A DNA stretch of 64,000 bases from IMG/VR virus record IMGVR_UViG_3300036958_000084; one strand, given 5' to 3'. Within the stretch, counting starts at the first letter, position 1. Every line of letters begins with the position of its first letter. Below, one piece after another: positions 8,979-18,947 of the stretch. Below the pieces are notes generated by a model, which was not told the DNA's origin, ran no database searches, and worked only from the letters and a program-made list of their open reading frames with translations. The translations under genes and the position numbers were made by a program. Source of the DNA: an uncultured virus (IMG/VR IMGVR_UViG_3300036958_000084) (Duplodnaviria; Heunggongvirae; Uroviricota; Caudoviricetes).

Positions 8979-10007
8979 ATGAACCAATACAATAAATCGG
9001 CTGGAATTGATATAGTCATTCCGTACTACAACCATTCAAGTGTGATCAGTAGAGCTCTTGGCTCAATAGCTATGCAGACAATTGCTAAGGACATTTACGT
9101 CACTATAGTAGATGATGCATCGGACCAGGCAGACAGGAGCAGACTTGATGTTATCGTACAGGCATTCAAGATGTCTGGCATTGCTGACATTAAAGTGGTA
9201 AGAGTCGATGAAAACATGGGCCCTGGTCATGCACGTGCAGTAGGTCAGCAGAACTGCAATCATGAGTTTATCACATTCATGGATGCTGATGATACATGGG
9301 CTTCGGCGTACTCTATTGAGTTCCTACATGATGGCTTTGTGCATAACAGACAGCTTGATGCCATATTCGGTACATTCCTTGAGGAGACTGAAAACCCGCA
9401 GGCTAAGTTTGTGGCTCACCAGCACGACGCAACCTGGATGTTCGGTAAGATGTATCGCAGAGCATTCTTGGACAACTTCAGCATACTAATGAGTGACAGT
9501 AGATCCAATGAGGACATGGCATTCAATCAGCTTGTAATGGCTTGTACGGATGCTGTTGGCTTCTTTGACCACCCTGTGTACTACTGGATGGTTAATAAAG
9601 AGTCCATTACTCGCAAAGCAGATAATGACTACCAGTTCAGAGGCTTACTTGGATATGTAGATGCACATACCTGGGCTGAAGAAGAGCGCAGAAAGCGTAT
9701 GCTGCATACAAGTGAAAAAGGATTGCAGGCTGCAGTGTCTGCACTGTGCATGCTGTATATCTATATGATGGAGGTGCTTCAGACACGTCCAGTAGATCAG
9801 CAGGAAGAAGCATGGGCGGAAATGACTAAGTACTATAGGACTGCTTTCAGTGATAGAGCAGTGCCGCAGGATATGCTACATGGTATCTATGTGCAGCATC
9901 AGCAGCAGCATATGATGCCTGGCGGCATACTCACCAGAGTGGTACCTAAGATGTCAGTAGATGACTTTGTGCGTGAGCTTGATAGACGCAAAGTAGAAGC
10001 GGAGTGA
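8979..10007 (+). CDS. glycosyltransferase family 2
   Basis: IVIPYYN, IVDDAS, ENMGPGHAR, FMDADD (DxD), NEDMAF. Confidence 0.92.
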   Translation: MNQYNKSAGIDIVIPYYNHSSVISRALGSIAMQTIAKDIYVTIVDDASDQADRSRLDVIVQAFKMSGIADIKVVRVDENMGPGHARAVGQQNCNHEFITFMDADDTWASAYSIEFLHDGFVHNRQLDAIFGTFLEETENPQAKFVAHQHDATWMFGKMYRRAFLDNFSILMSDSRSNEDMAFNQLVMACTDAVGFFDHPVYYWMVNKESITRKADNDYQFRGLLGYVDAHTWAEEERRKRMLHTSEKGLQAAVSALCMLYIYMMEVLQTRPVDQQEEAWAEMTKYYRTAFSDRAVPQDMLHGIYVQHQQQHMMPGGILTRVVPKMSVDDFVRELDRRKVEAE

Positions 10008-10011
10008 TAGT

Positions 10012-11430
10012 ATGGATTTGCAGAATTTACAGAGCTTAAATGATGAACAAATTCTGCGGCTACAGCAAGCCTTAACGCCTAAGACAAACAAGTATATTCC
10101 AATAACGCCTACACCTAAACAGACTGCAGCGCTGCTGATGAATTCAGTGCGTGAGATGCTGTACGGAGGAGCTGTTGGAGGCGGCAAGTCAGTGTACCAG
10201 CTGGCTGCCGCATTACAATATGTGGATGTCCCTGGATATGATGCAATACTCTTTAGAAAGACTTTCGCAGACTTGATGCTTCCTGGTGCATTGATACCAA
10301 TGAGTCAGCAGTGGCTAGCACCTTTCATAAAGACTGGTGAGGTTAAATGGAGGGATAAAGATAAGCGATATATCTTCGAAGAGAGCGGCTCTACTCTTTC
10401 ATTCGGATACTTGGATGTTACGAATGATGAGTTAAGATACCAAGGTGCTGAATTCTCATATATTGGCTTCGACGAGGTTACACATATTGCACCACAATCG
10501 TTTGAGTACTTGTTTTCTCGACTACGTAAGCCTAAGAGTGTTAATGTACCGCTCAGAATAAGAGCTACAGCTAACCCTGGTGGTGTCTACGGAGACTACT
10601 ATTATCAGAGATATTTCGTAGATAATAAGAATGAGGATGGCACTTTGAAGCGCATATTCTTACCAGCAGGCCTTCGCGATAATCCATATCTGGATAGCGA
10701 AGAGTATATGCAGACTCTAAAAGAGTTGCCGCCTATCCTACAGGAGCAGCTCATCAACGGAAACTGGGAAGTACGCGAGACGGGTGACATTTTCAACAAA
10801 ATGTGGCTTATAGTAGTTGATGCACACAACATACCAAAGAATGCTAAGCGCGTTAGGTTCTGGGACTTTGCTTCAATTGACCCTAAATATAGGAAAAAGA
10901 ACACAAATACAAAAGAACCAGACTGGACAGTAGGTTTTAAGATGGCATATTATCAAGGTATCTACTACATTGAGGACATTGTAGCTTGTCAGAAAACGCC
11001 AAATGAGGTTGAAAAACTCATGCAACAAATGGCTGCGGCTGATGGTCATGCATGTGCAATAAGGTTCGAGCAAGAAGGTGGTTCTTCAGGTGAGGCTAAT
11101 GCGCTTCGTCTATGCCGTGAAGTGCTTCCGGGATATGACATTGCTGGTGTAAAGCCAGTAGTTTCTAAGATAGAGCGTGCTCGACCGGTAGCTGCTGCAA
11201 TGCAAATGGGCTCAGTTATGATAGTTAAAAACTGCCGTGAAATGCTGAGACTCTATAATCAGCTAGACTCTTTCCCTTTAGGCGCACATGATGACGTTAT
11301 TGATGCGATGGATGGTGCTTTTGCGTATTTTACACCGGCAGAAGGACGTATAGTAGCTCCAACTTCGCTACGTAGACATGCTGTGAGCCGACACAGATTT
11401 AGTATGGGCCAGTCCATCTGGCGCAGATAG
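10012..11430 (+). CDS. terL: terminase large subunit
   Basis: Walker A YGGAVGGGKS, Walker B IGFDE, ATANPGG, RFWDFA, HDDVIDA nuclease motif. Confidence 0.95.
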   Translation: MDLQNLQSLNDEQILRLQQALTPKTNKYIPITPTPKQTAALLMNSVREMLYGGAVGGGKSVYQLAAALQYVDVPGYDAILFRKTFADLMLPGALIPMSQQWLAPFIKTGEVKWRDKDKRYIFEESGSTLSFGYLDVTNDELRYQGAEFSYIGFDEVTHIAPQSFEYLFSRLRKPKSVNVPLRIRATANPGGVYGDYYYQRYFVDNKNEDGTLKRIFLPAGLRDNPYLDSEEYMQTLKELPPILQEQLINGNWEVRETGDIFNKMWLIVVDAHNIPKNAKRVRFWDFASIDPKYRKKNTNTKEPDWTVGFKMAYYQGIYYIEDIVACQKTPNEVEKLMQQMAAADGHACAIRFEQEGGSSGEANALRLCREVLPGYDIAGVKPVVSKIERARPVAAAMQMGSVMIVKNCREMLRLYNQLDSFPLGAHDDVIDAMDGAFAYFTPAEGRIVAPTSLRRHAVSRHRFSMGQSIWRR

Positions 11431-11438
11431 GAGGTTTT

Positions 11439-12842
11439 ATGGGCATTTTTCGTAAAAAGGCACATTCAGGAGAAGTGTCAGTAGAAAAAGCTCAGGCACC
11501 GAAGCCTAAAATGAAGGCTAAAGGTGTTCCTGGACTAAGATTTTCGTCCGGATATATTGAAGAAGAGTTTATTCGTGACCTTCGCTGGCCAAGAGCTGGT
11601 AAAATATATCAGGAAATGAGTTCAAATGATCCAGTAGTAGGTGGTTGTATCTATTTAATAGAGACCATGATACGAAAAGTCGAGTGGAAAGTAGATGAAA
11701 ATGGTGCTGGACAGGAAGCAGCTGACTTTTTAAAGTCTTGCATGGATGATATGCAGGAGCAAAGCTGGGATGATTTCATATCTGAGGTGCTCAGTGAGCT
11801 AATTTATGGCTTCTCACTGCATGAAATTGTCTACAAAATACGCCGAGGACCTATGGAGCGTGACCTGAAGTTCAGATCTAAGTACACAGACGGCAAAATT
11901 GGTTGGATGGAGCTTCCAAGAGTAGCTCAGAGCTCACTTTATGAGTGGGAATTCAATGATCAGGGCCACCCAGAGACATTTATTCAGGATACGCAGGGCC
12001 TGGCAGGAGGAGATAAGGGCTATATTGAGATACCTATTTATGGCAATTTGCTGTTTAGGACCAAATCTGACAAAAATAACCCTGAGGGCTTCTCATTACT
12101 GCGTAGAGCATACCGTCCATGGTACTTTAAAAAGAACCTGGAAGAGATTGAAGGCATAGGCGTTGAGCGTGCTCTTGCTGGTATACCTGTAATGCAGCCA
12201 AAAGAAGGTGTTCCACTATTTGATCCAGACAATGAGGAGATGGTAGAACTCCTGGATTGGGCTATGGATGTAGTAACCGGCCTTAGACAGGATAAAACGC
12301 ATGGTTTAGTAATTCCTGAAGGCTGGGATTTACATCTACTCAAAGGTGAAAATGCATCTAATATCAAAGTAAATGAAATCATTCAACGTTATGATACCAG
12401 AATTGCTATTAGCATGCTCGCAGACCTTATTTTGCTAGGTAATGACCGTACGGGTAGTTTTGCTATGGCTGAAACTAAACAGGATATGTTCTTGTATTCA
12501 CTGGAGACAATTGTTAAGTCAATCTGCAATACATTGAATACACAGGCTGTTCCTAAACTGTTTGCAGTAAATGGCATGCCTATGGAGAACCTACCGTTAA
12601 TCACTGCTGACAGAATTAAGGATGCTACAGTTTCTGAGCTTTCTATGCTGCTTAGATCACTCAATATAGATGTGACTAAGTCTGAGGACCTGTTCAGGTT
12701 CCTTATGAGATCAGTAGGTGGCCCACAGATCAATAACGTTGCTGATCTAAAGCCTGATGAAGCTACAAATGTTCCAGGAACTAAAACTAGCGGAACGTTT
12801 GACTCACAGCTTGAAGATCCAATAGATAATCAGTTTAAGTAA
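11439..12842 (+). CDS. portal protein (DUF935-like)
   Basis: Follows TerL; NPEGFSLLRRAYRPWYFKK, GIGVER..GIP, GSFAMA. Confidence 0.88.
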   Translation: MGIFRKKAHSGEVSVEKAQAPKPKMKAKGVPGLRFSSGYIEEEFIRDLRWPRAGKIYQEMSSNDPVVGGCIYLIETMIRKVEWKVDENGAGQEAADFLKSCMDDMQEQSWDDFISEVLSELIYGFSLHEIVYKIRRGPMERDLKFRSKYTDGKIGWMELPRVAQSSLYEWEFNDQGHPETFIQDTQGLAGGDKGYIEIPIYGNLLFRTKSDKNNPEGFSLLRRAYRPWYFKKNLEEIEGIGVERALAGIPVMQPKEGVPLFDPDNEEMVELLDWAMDVVTGLRQDKTHGLVIPEGWDLHLLKGENASNIKVNEIIQRYDTRIAISMLADLILLGNDRTGSFAMAETKQDMFLYSLETIVKSICNTLNTQAVPKLFAVNGMPMENLPLITADRIKDATVSELSMLLRSLNIDVTKSEDLFRFLMRSVGGPQINNVADLKPDEATNVPGTKTSGTFDSQLEDPIDNQFK

Positions 12843-12853
12843 GGAGAGTAGTT

Positions 12854-13432
12854 ATGCAGAAGATACATTTCCATAAAAGCGAAAATGGTAAGCTTGTTAC
12901 GCTGCGTAAAGGCATATTTAATGATCCTATTAAGGACGGCATTAAGTTTGTGTTTGCTAAATCACAGATGCAGCCAACACAGCCTGAGCTGCCTATTGAT
13001 GACCCTGTTCTTCGTAACATGATGAATGCAAAGGCAGCTAAAGCCGGTAATTCTAACCTGGTGTTTGGATGGGCCAATGTCACGGTAAATGAAGATGGCT
13101 CACTACCTGAAGACTATCAGGGAGATGCAATTCCTACAGAAGTTCTCGAAGCTGCTGCATATACCTTTGCGCTTACAAAAGGATACTGCAATGAAGAGCA
13201 CCGCTGGAATACAGATTGCGGGTATCTAATAGAATGCATGATGTTTACTAAGGAAAAGCGAATGACTCTTGGCATTCCGGACGATATGGTGCCTGATGGC
13301 CTATGGGTAGGTTTCTATATTCCTGATGATGAAATCTACGCTAAAGTGCAGTCTGGTGAATATTCTATGTTCTCTATTGAAGGCTACGGCAGACGTATTG
13401 CATGTGATGGTGAAATGTATAGCGAAGTCTAA
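12854..13432 (+). CDS. XkdF-like prohead serine protease
   Basis: LVFGWA, DYQGD, NEEH, GLWVGFYI, GEYSMFSIEG. Confidence 0.85.
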   Translation: MQKIHFHKSENGKLVTLRKGIFNDPIKDGIKFVFAKSQMQPTQPELPIDDPVLRNMMNAKAAKAGNSNLVFGWANVTVNEDGSLPEDYQGDAIPTEVLEAAAYTFALTKGYCNEEHRWNTDCGYLIECMMFTKEKRMTLGIPDDMVPDGLWVGFYIPDDEIYAKVQSGEYSMFSIEGYGRRIACDGEMYSEV

Positions 13433-13482
13433 AATTACCGGATAGTTCGCCAGATATGTTACGTATTATAAAATGAAAGGAC

Positions 13483-14244
13483 GTGATGACTATGCCAAAT
13501 GCTTTCACGCCCCTCTTCACACTTGTAGATATGAACCTCGAGGCAGTTGCACTCTGTAGTCAGGGTGCAAACTCTCGAGCAAATATTTTACTAACAAAAT
13601 CTATGAAGGAGGGAAACTCTAAAATGGGAATTAACGAAATTCTCGCTGGACTTTCTGAAGAGGCACAGGCTACTCTTACAAAGCACATTGAAGAGACAGC
13701 TACAGCCAAAGCAACAAAGGCTGTTGAAGATGCAGTAGCTCCGCTGAATACAAAGATCGCTGAGCTCGAAGCTACAAATAAAAGCCTTACAGAAAATGCA
13801 GCAAAGGCAACACAGCCTACTGAGCCTGAGGACTTTACAAAGTCACTTCCTGAGCCTGCTCGTAAGCAGTTTGAGGAAATGCAGAAGTCACTTGCAGCTC
13901 TTCAGGCAGAGAGAGCTGAGGCTCTTGCAAAGTCAAGATTTGAGGTAGTTAAGGCTATTCCTTGTGATAGTGATAAGCTTAAGTCAATTCTTAAGAATGT
14001 AGATCCTGATGTATTCGAAGTACTTACAAAGGCAGCTACAGCTATCGAGGAAGGTATCGGCAAGTCCACTGCTGCTGCAGGTGAGGGCAAGCTTGACAAG
14101 TCTACTGATGACTACTACAAGGAACTTGAGACCATCGCAGATGGCATCTCAAAGTCTGAGGGCGTTTCACTTGCAAAGGCATTCACACTCGCATGTGAGC
14201 GTAATGCTGATCTGTATGCTAAGTACGCCAACAGTCAGGCATAA
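13483..14244 (+). CDS. head scaffolding protein with a protease-like N-terminal strand
   Basis: N-terminal LEAVALCSQGAN then coiled coil; internal SD and ATG at 13624. Confidence 0.7.
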   Translation: MMTMPNAFTPLFTLVDMNLEAVALCSQGANSRANILLTKSMKEGNSKMGINEILAGLSEEAQATLTKHIEETATAKATKAVEDAVAPLNTKIAELEATNKSLTENAAKATQPTEPEDFTKSLPEPARKQFEEMQKSLAALQAERAEALAKSRFEVVKAIPCDSDKLKSILKNVDPDVFEVLTKAATAIEEGIGKSTAAAGEGKLDKSTDDYYKELETIADGISKSEGVSLAKAFTLACERNADLYAKYANSQA

Positions 14245-14268
14245 TTGTAAGAAAGGAGAATAATAACA

Positions 14269-14706
14269 ATGGCTGGAAATGCACAGGCAACAAACGATGT
14301 TGCTTTCGAACTACCTAGGGATCGCTTTGCATGGTACACTGGTGCTGTGCTAAATAAGTATGAGCCTGCAGTGCTCGATAAAGACGGCAATCTTGTTCCT
14401 GCTACTACTACCACTCTTACAAACTTTGCTCAGTTTATGGGCATATGCCAGTATCCTGCTGAGAAGGCTGGTAACATGGCTACAGTAGTTAAGGGCGCTT
14501 TTCCTGTAGTAGCTAACGGGGCTATCGCAGCAGGAAGTCTCGTTGAGGTTACTGATGCTACAATAACTGTTAATGACATTGAGTATCACGTAGTACGTGA
14601 AAGTGACGTACCATACTCTGGTGATATGGATTTCCACACTGTTATTGGTACTGCACTAACTGCAGCTACTACAGCAGGCGATCTACTCACCATAGCTATT
14701 AAGTAA
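14269..14706 (+). CDS. head decoration/cement protein
   Basis: Between scaffold and capsid genes; AIAAGSLV...IGTALTAATTAGDL pattern. Confidence 0.7.
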   Translation: MAGNAQATNDVAFELPRDRFAWYTGAVLNKYEPAVLDKDGNLVPATTTTLTNFAQFMGICQYPAEKAGNMATVVKGAFPVVANGAIAAGSLVEVTDATITVNDIEYHVVRESDVPYSGDMDFHTVIGTALTAATTAGDLLTIAIK

Positions 14707-14724
14707 TGGAAGGAGGAAATACGT

Positions 14725-15702
14725 ATGCCACAGATGGCTAATGCCGGTCATATAGACCGTGCACTGACTAACTTCTCAGTAGCTTATCAGCAGGGTGCTG
14801 ATGCATTCATTGCAGATAAGATTTTCCCTATCATTCCTGTTCAGAAGCAGTCAGATATTTATTTTTCATATTCAAAGAAAGATGCCTTCAGAGATGAGGT
14901 AAAAGAACGCGGCCAGGGTGCTGAGTCTGCAGGTTTCAACTGGGATGTAAAGACAGAGCAGCCTTACTACTGCCGTAAGTATGCACTGCACTACGACATC
15001 ACTCAGGAAGAGCGTGTAAACTATGATCAGCCTATCAACGTTGAGAGAGATACAGTAGATTACCTTACTGAAAAGATGCTCCTCAACAGAGAGCTCAGAT
15101 TTGCAAATACATATTTCAAGTCTGGCGTTTGGGGTAAAGACCTCGTCGGCGGCACAGATATTGGATACTTCTCAGATCAGGCTGCATCACCTGTAGAGAC
15201 GATCAACAATATCATGCTTCAGATGGCAGGCAATACAGGTAAGAAGCCCAACTTCGCTGTTATGTCTCCTGATGTTCTTTATGCTCTGAAGAACCATGAA
15301 GAGATCATGGATCGTATCAAGTATACACAGAAGGGTATCATCACTCTTGATCTTATCGCAGAGCTCTTCGAACTTGATAAGATCTATGTTCCGTGGGGTG
15401 TTATCAATACTGATACAAAGCAGGCAAACTTCGATGACAGTGCTCCCGACAATGTAGATTTCATCTACAAGGGAAGCATGCTGCTCGGCTACAGAACACC
15501 GTCACCGAGACTCAAGTCGCCTTCGGCAGGTTACATCTTTGCTTGGACCGGTCTTGAGGGCTCTTCAGCATATGGCTCACGTATCGTTCGTATGCCTATG
15601 GATATGCTCGGTCTTGGCACAGAGCGTATCGAAGCTGAGATGGCTTATGACATGAAGGTCATCTGCCCTGATATGGGTGTATTCCTCAGCAACCTTGTGT
15701 AA
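14725..15702 (+). CDS. major capsid protein
   Basis: HIDRALTNFSVAY..FIADKIFPIIPVQKQSD; size, position and biased codons. Confidence 0.88.
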   Translation: MPQMANAGHIDRALTNFSVAYQQGADAFIADKIFPIIPVQKQSDIYFSYSKKDAFRDEVKERGQGAESAGFNWDVKTEQPYYCRKYALHYDITQEERVNYDQPINVERDTVDYLTEKMLLNRELRFANTYFKSGVWGKDLVGGTDIGYFSDQAASPVETINNIMLQMAGNTGKKPNFAVMSPDVLYALKNHEEIMDRIKYTQKGIITLDLIAELFELDKIYVPWGVINTDTKQANFDDSAPDNVDFIYKGSMLLGYRTPSPRLKSPSAGYIFAWTGLEGSSAYGSRIVRMPMDMLGLGTERIEAEMAYDMKVICPDMGVFLSNLV

Positions 15703-15718
15703 GTAAGGAGCTGATTAA

Positions 15719-16009
15719 ATGAAATATCTTGTGCTCAAGCCGCTAAAGATATTTGGTGAGCGATACGAGCGCGGGGACATTATCGAAGATGCACAGGTGC
15801 GTTGCGCACGTATCCTTATTGGAGAGCGCAAGATAACACCTGTGCTAAACGACGTCTCCTCTTCTATAAGTCCTGCTGATACGGACACAACAGTAGAGCC
15901 TGAGGAAGCTGCAACAGTAGCTCCCGAGAATACTGAAGTGTCTGATGATCAGCAGGAAGTAAAAGAAGTTAAAAAACCTGTTCGCTTATCTTTTGCAAAG
16001 GAGGGATAA
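15719..16009 (+). CDS. hypothetical virion protein
   Basis: AAGGAG SD; YERGDII motif; directly after the capsid gene. Confidence 0.75.
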   Translation: MKYLVLKPLKIFGERYERGDIIEDAQVRCARILIGERKITPVLNDVSSSISPADTDTTVEPEEAATVAPENTEVSDDQQEVKEVKKPVRLSFAKEG

Positions 16010-16010
16010 C

Positions 16011-16373
16011 ATGTCGTGGTCATACTCCGGCGATCCTACAACATCACCTCTTGATGCATTCCGCTTTAAGCTAAAAGACACAATCGAGTCTGATCCTATC
16101 CTCTCTAACGAGGAGATAAACTTTATACTAGAAGAGTATAAAAGTGAAAATGCACAGCTAGCAATCGGTTTTAGGCAGTGTGCAGCATCGTTTGCAAGAA
16201 AGCCTATAAAGCGTAGCCTAGGTCCTCAGGCTGAGGACAATTCTAAGCGCTTAAAGTTCTATGAGGATATGGCCCAAAAGTATGAAGACATGCTAATCTA
16301 TTCTGGAAAGCCTCGTGACCCAAGATACCAGCATGATGTGGTATTTGAAAAAGGCATGATGGAGGGATCGTAA
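16011..16373 (+). CDS. head-tail adaptor
   Basis: MSWSYSGDP...RF.L.DT....ILSNEEI; position. Confidence 0.7.
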   Translation: MSWSYSGDPTTSPLDAFRFKLKDTIESDPILSNEEINFILEEYKSENAQLAIGFRQCAASFARKPIKRSLGPQAEDNSKRLKFYEDMAQKYEDMLIYSGKPRDPRYQHDVVFEKGMMEGS

Positions 16374-16702
16374 TGTACGCTTCTTTAAAAGAGTGGGTAC
16401 GGTTCCCGTTTACCTTCCGTAGAATTCAAGGCAAGACAGCATCAGGTGATAAAAAGTATTCAGAGCCTACTGAAGCATTATGCTACCGTGTAGACGAAAC
16501 CGAGGTTATCACAGATAAACGCGGCGACGAATACGTGAGTAGATCTAGACTTTATGTAGATGCCACAACTGAAATAACAGTAGACGATTTCGTAACACTC
16601 ACCACTTTAGGTGACAACATTATTGATAAAGAGGTTCGTAAAATCGGAGCTTTTTATGATGGTAATGAAGGCGAAAAAAGTATAAGCGTGGTGTATTTAT
16701 AA
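16373..16702 (+). CDS. head closure/stopper protein
   Basis: Position; beta-rich; G.EYVSRSRLYVD. Confidence 0.6.
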   Translation: MYASLKEWVRFPFTFRRIQGKTASGDKKYSEPTEALCYRVDETEVITDKRGDEYVSRSRLYVDATTEITVDDFVTLTTLGDNIIDKEVRKIGAFYDGNEGEKSISVVYL

Positions 16703-17025
16703 TGGCTAAGAAAAAGAAGCAAGCAGTACGCTTTGAAACTAATCAAGAACGTGTTATACGCGAGCTTAATCAATTAGGTTATGACTTAGGCATGGCTGCT
16801 GAACATGCAGTAGAAGAGTACAGGCATCTACCCGATGATATAGTGTCATTCGATGAAACTGAGTCACTTTCATATTTCCGTAAGGGCGAAGTTGTGATTT
16901 CTTTAACTGGTCAAGATCTTCTTGAAAGAGATGAGATTGAACATAATCTGGCATTGTTTGCACAAGCACTTCAAACTGACGTTCATACATGTATCTTGGA
17001 GGTGCTAAATGAACATCTTGGATGA
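16702..17025 (+). CDS. neck/tail completion protein (putative)
   Basis: Position only. Confidence 0.45.
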   Translation: MAKKKKQAVRFETNQERVIRELNQLGYDLGMAAEHAVEEYRHLPDDIVSFDETESLSYFRKGEVVISLTGQDLLERDEIEHNLALFAQALQTDVHTCILEVLNEHLG

Positions 17026-17419
17026 GATAACTACGTATGTAGCAGCTAAGCTTAATTTAGAGCCTGGCGAAAATATCTTCTACAACTCATTGCCTGATGA
17101 GCCAGACGATGCGTTGTTAATACAGTTGCTTCCGCGATCTCTTCCTACACCCTCTCCCATCGATGCTGAATGCTATGTCATTGAGGTAAGCTCTAGAAGC
17201 ATGTCCAATGATGTAGCATATCAGCAAGCAGAGAGTGCCTACAGATGGCTGTATACTGATAAAGAAGATACTGCTGATGCAGACGGAATTGTCAATATCA
17301 GTGAAAATTTATCAGTAGCAACTTTAATGCTCAATACTCCAGCCTGGAAACAGACTGATAACAATGGTAGGAAGTACTTCACATTCAGAGTGCGAGTATT
17401 TTCACATAGAATTATTTAA
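17009..17419 (+). CDS. tail terminator (minor capsid-like family)
   Basis: IFYNSLPDEPD...DNNGRKYFTF; directly before the major tail gene. Confidence 0.65.
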   Translation: MNILDEITTYVAAKLNLEPGENIFYNSLPDEPDDALLIQLLPRSLPTPSPIDAECYVIEVSSRSMSNDVAYQQAESAYRWLYTDKEDTADADGIVNISENLSVATLMLNTPAWKQTDNNGRKYFTFRVRVFSHRII

Positions 17420-17438
17420 TAAAGGAGGAAAATCTAAC

Positions 17439-18347
17439 ATGGGAAAAAGTGTTGCAATAGGTCTAACTAACCTACACTATGCAATTCTTACAGAGGATCG
17501 TGCACCTAGGACAAATGGTGCTGGTGATGCTGGTGCAGTTGCATACGAGGCTCCTGTGAGACTACCTGGTGCTATCACCGCTAACTTCTCACCTAATGCT
17601 TCTAACGATACACTGTTCGCTGATGACGGTCCTTATGATACAGCTTCTACACTCGGTGCTATGTCACTTGAGCTCAATGTTGCTGATATCCCGCCTGCTC
17701 ACAGAGCCACACTTCTTGGTGCAACTTATGACAGCTCTACAGGTCTCGTAAAGGACTCTTCAAACGACATCCCGCCTTATGTTGCTGTTGGATGCTCTGT
17801 AAAGAAGTCCAACGGTGCTGATCGTCTTATCTGGTACCTCAAGGGCAAGTTCTCTGCACCTGATGACAACAACCAGACAAAGTCTGACTCTATCAACTGG
17901 AACACGCCTACAATCACAGGTAACTTCCTCAAGAGAGACTTCGACGATAACTGGCGCTTCTCAGTTGATACTGATGACGAAGGTTACACTGGCAGTAAGA
18001 CTGACTTCAGCAACTGGTTTGCTGCAAGTACTCTTCAGGCTGGTGACTACTCCGGCGGTGGTGGCAGCTCCGGCGGCGGTGGCGGCGGTGGCATCAGCAC
18101 CCTTACTGTTACAGTAGCTCCTACAACAGCTACAGTAGCTCCCGAGGGAACACAGCAGCTCACAGCTACAGCTTCTGATGCTACAGCAACAATTACTTAT
18201 GCATCTGACTATGACAAGGTTACAGTATCTAATGCTGGTCTCGTAACAGTTGCTGCTGATGCTACAGGCGCAGCTACAATCACTGTTACAGCTACCAAGG
18301 GCGGTGACACAGCAACTGCAACTTGTGTGATCACAATTCAGGCATAA
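17439..18347 (+). CDS. major tail protein (phi13-type) with Gly linker and C-terminal Ig-like domain
   Basis: IGLTNLHYA, LFADDGPY, PPYVAVG, WYLKGKF; GGGGSSGGGGGGG linker; Big_2-like TVSNAGLVT. Confidence 0.92.
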   Translation: MGKSVAIGLTNLHYAILTEDRAPRTNGAGDAGAVAYEAPVRLPGAITANFSPNASNDTLFADDGPYDTASTLGAMSLELNVADIPPAHRATLLGATYDSSTGLVKDSSNDIPPYVAVGCSVKKSNGADRLIWYLKGKFSAPDDNNQTKSDSINWNTPTITGNFLKRDFDDNWRFSVDTDDEGYTGSKTDFSNWFAASTLQAGDYSGGGGSSGGGGGGGISTLTVTVAPTTATVAPEGTQQLTATASDATATITYASDYDKVTVSNAGLVTVAADATGAATITVTATKGGDTATATCVITIQA

Positions 18348-18360
18348 TAACTGAAAATCC

Positions 18361-18384
18361 GAGTGCGTAGAATTCTACGCACTC
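18361..18384. promoter_or_regulatory. perfect 24-bp palindrome (hairpin) after the major tail gene
   Basis: gagtgcgtagaa/ttctacgcactc; no strong U tract follows. Confidence 0.6.
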
Positions 18385-18407
18385 CATCTTATAGAGGAGA
18401 GACTAAT

Positions 18408-18947
18408 ATGGAAAATAAAGTTGAAAATAGCTCGTCACTTTTCAAACACGAACCTGTTACAATCGAGCTTGGTGGCAACACTTACGAGATTGTATTTGAC
18501 ATGAATGCTTTTTGTGAGCTTGAGAAGATCTATAAGTCAGTAGGAAATGTACTTAAAAAGGTTCTTGGCTCAGGTCGTAAAGAGCATAAAGTATTCTACA
18601 AGGATGCACTTATCGAAGCTGCTGATGTAGCAGTAGATGGTCAGAGCCTTGCATTATTACTTACACAGCTGGACAGGCAGAACGACGAAGAGTCTGCAAC
18701 AACTGTTACTGATACATTGAATATTCTGTATTGTGGCATCATGCGCGACATTGCAATCTACAATGAGCATGATGAGATTACAGGATATAAGGTATCAAAA
18801 ACTGCAATCGGTAGATGTATAGATCTAAAGAAGATTGCAGAATGCAACCTAAAGATCGCGACTGTAATTATGCGTGATCTATTACCAACTGAAGCTGAAG
18901 CAAAAAACGAAGCGGGGGCCACGGAAGCTCAGGAGGAGCAGGCTTAA
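18408..18947 (+). CDS. tail assembly chaperone (gpG-like)
   Basis: IELGG..Y.I.FDMNAFCELE; lies between the major tail and tape measure genes. Confidence 0.85.
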   Translation: MENKVENSSSLFKHEPVTIELGGNTYEIVFDMNAFCELEKIYKSVGNVLKKVLGSGRKEHKVFYKDALIEAADVAVDGQSLALLLTQLDRQNDEESATTVTDTLNILYCGIMRDIAIYNEHDEITGYKVSKTAIGRCIDLKKIAECNLKIATVIMRDLLPTEAEAKNEAGATEAQEEQA

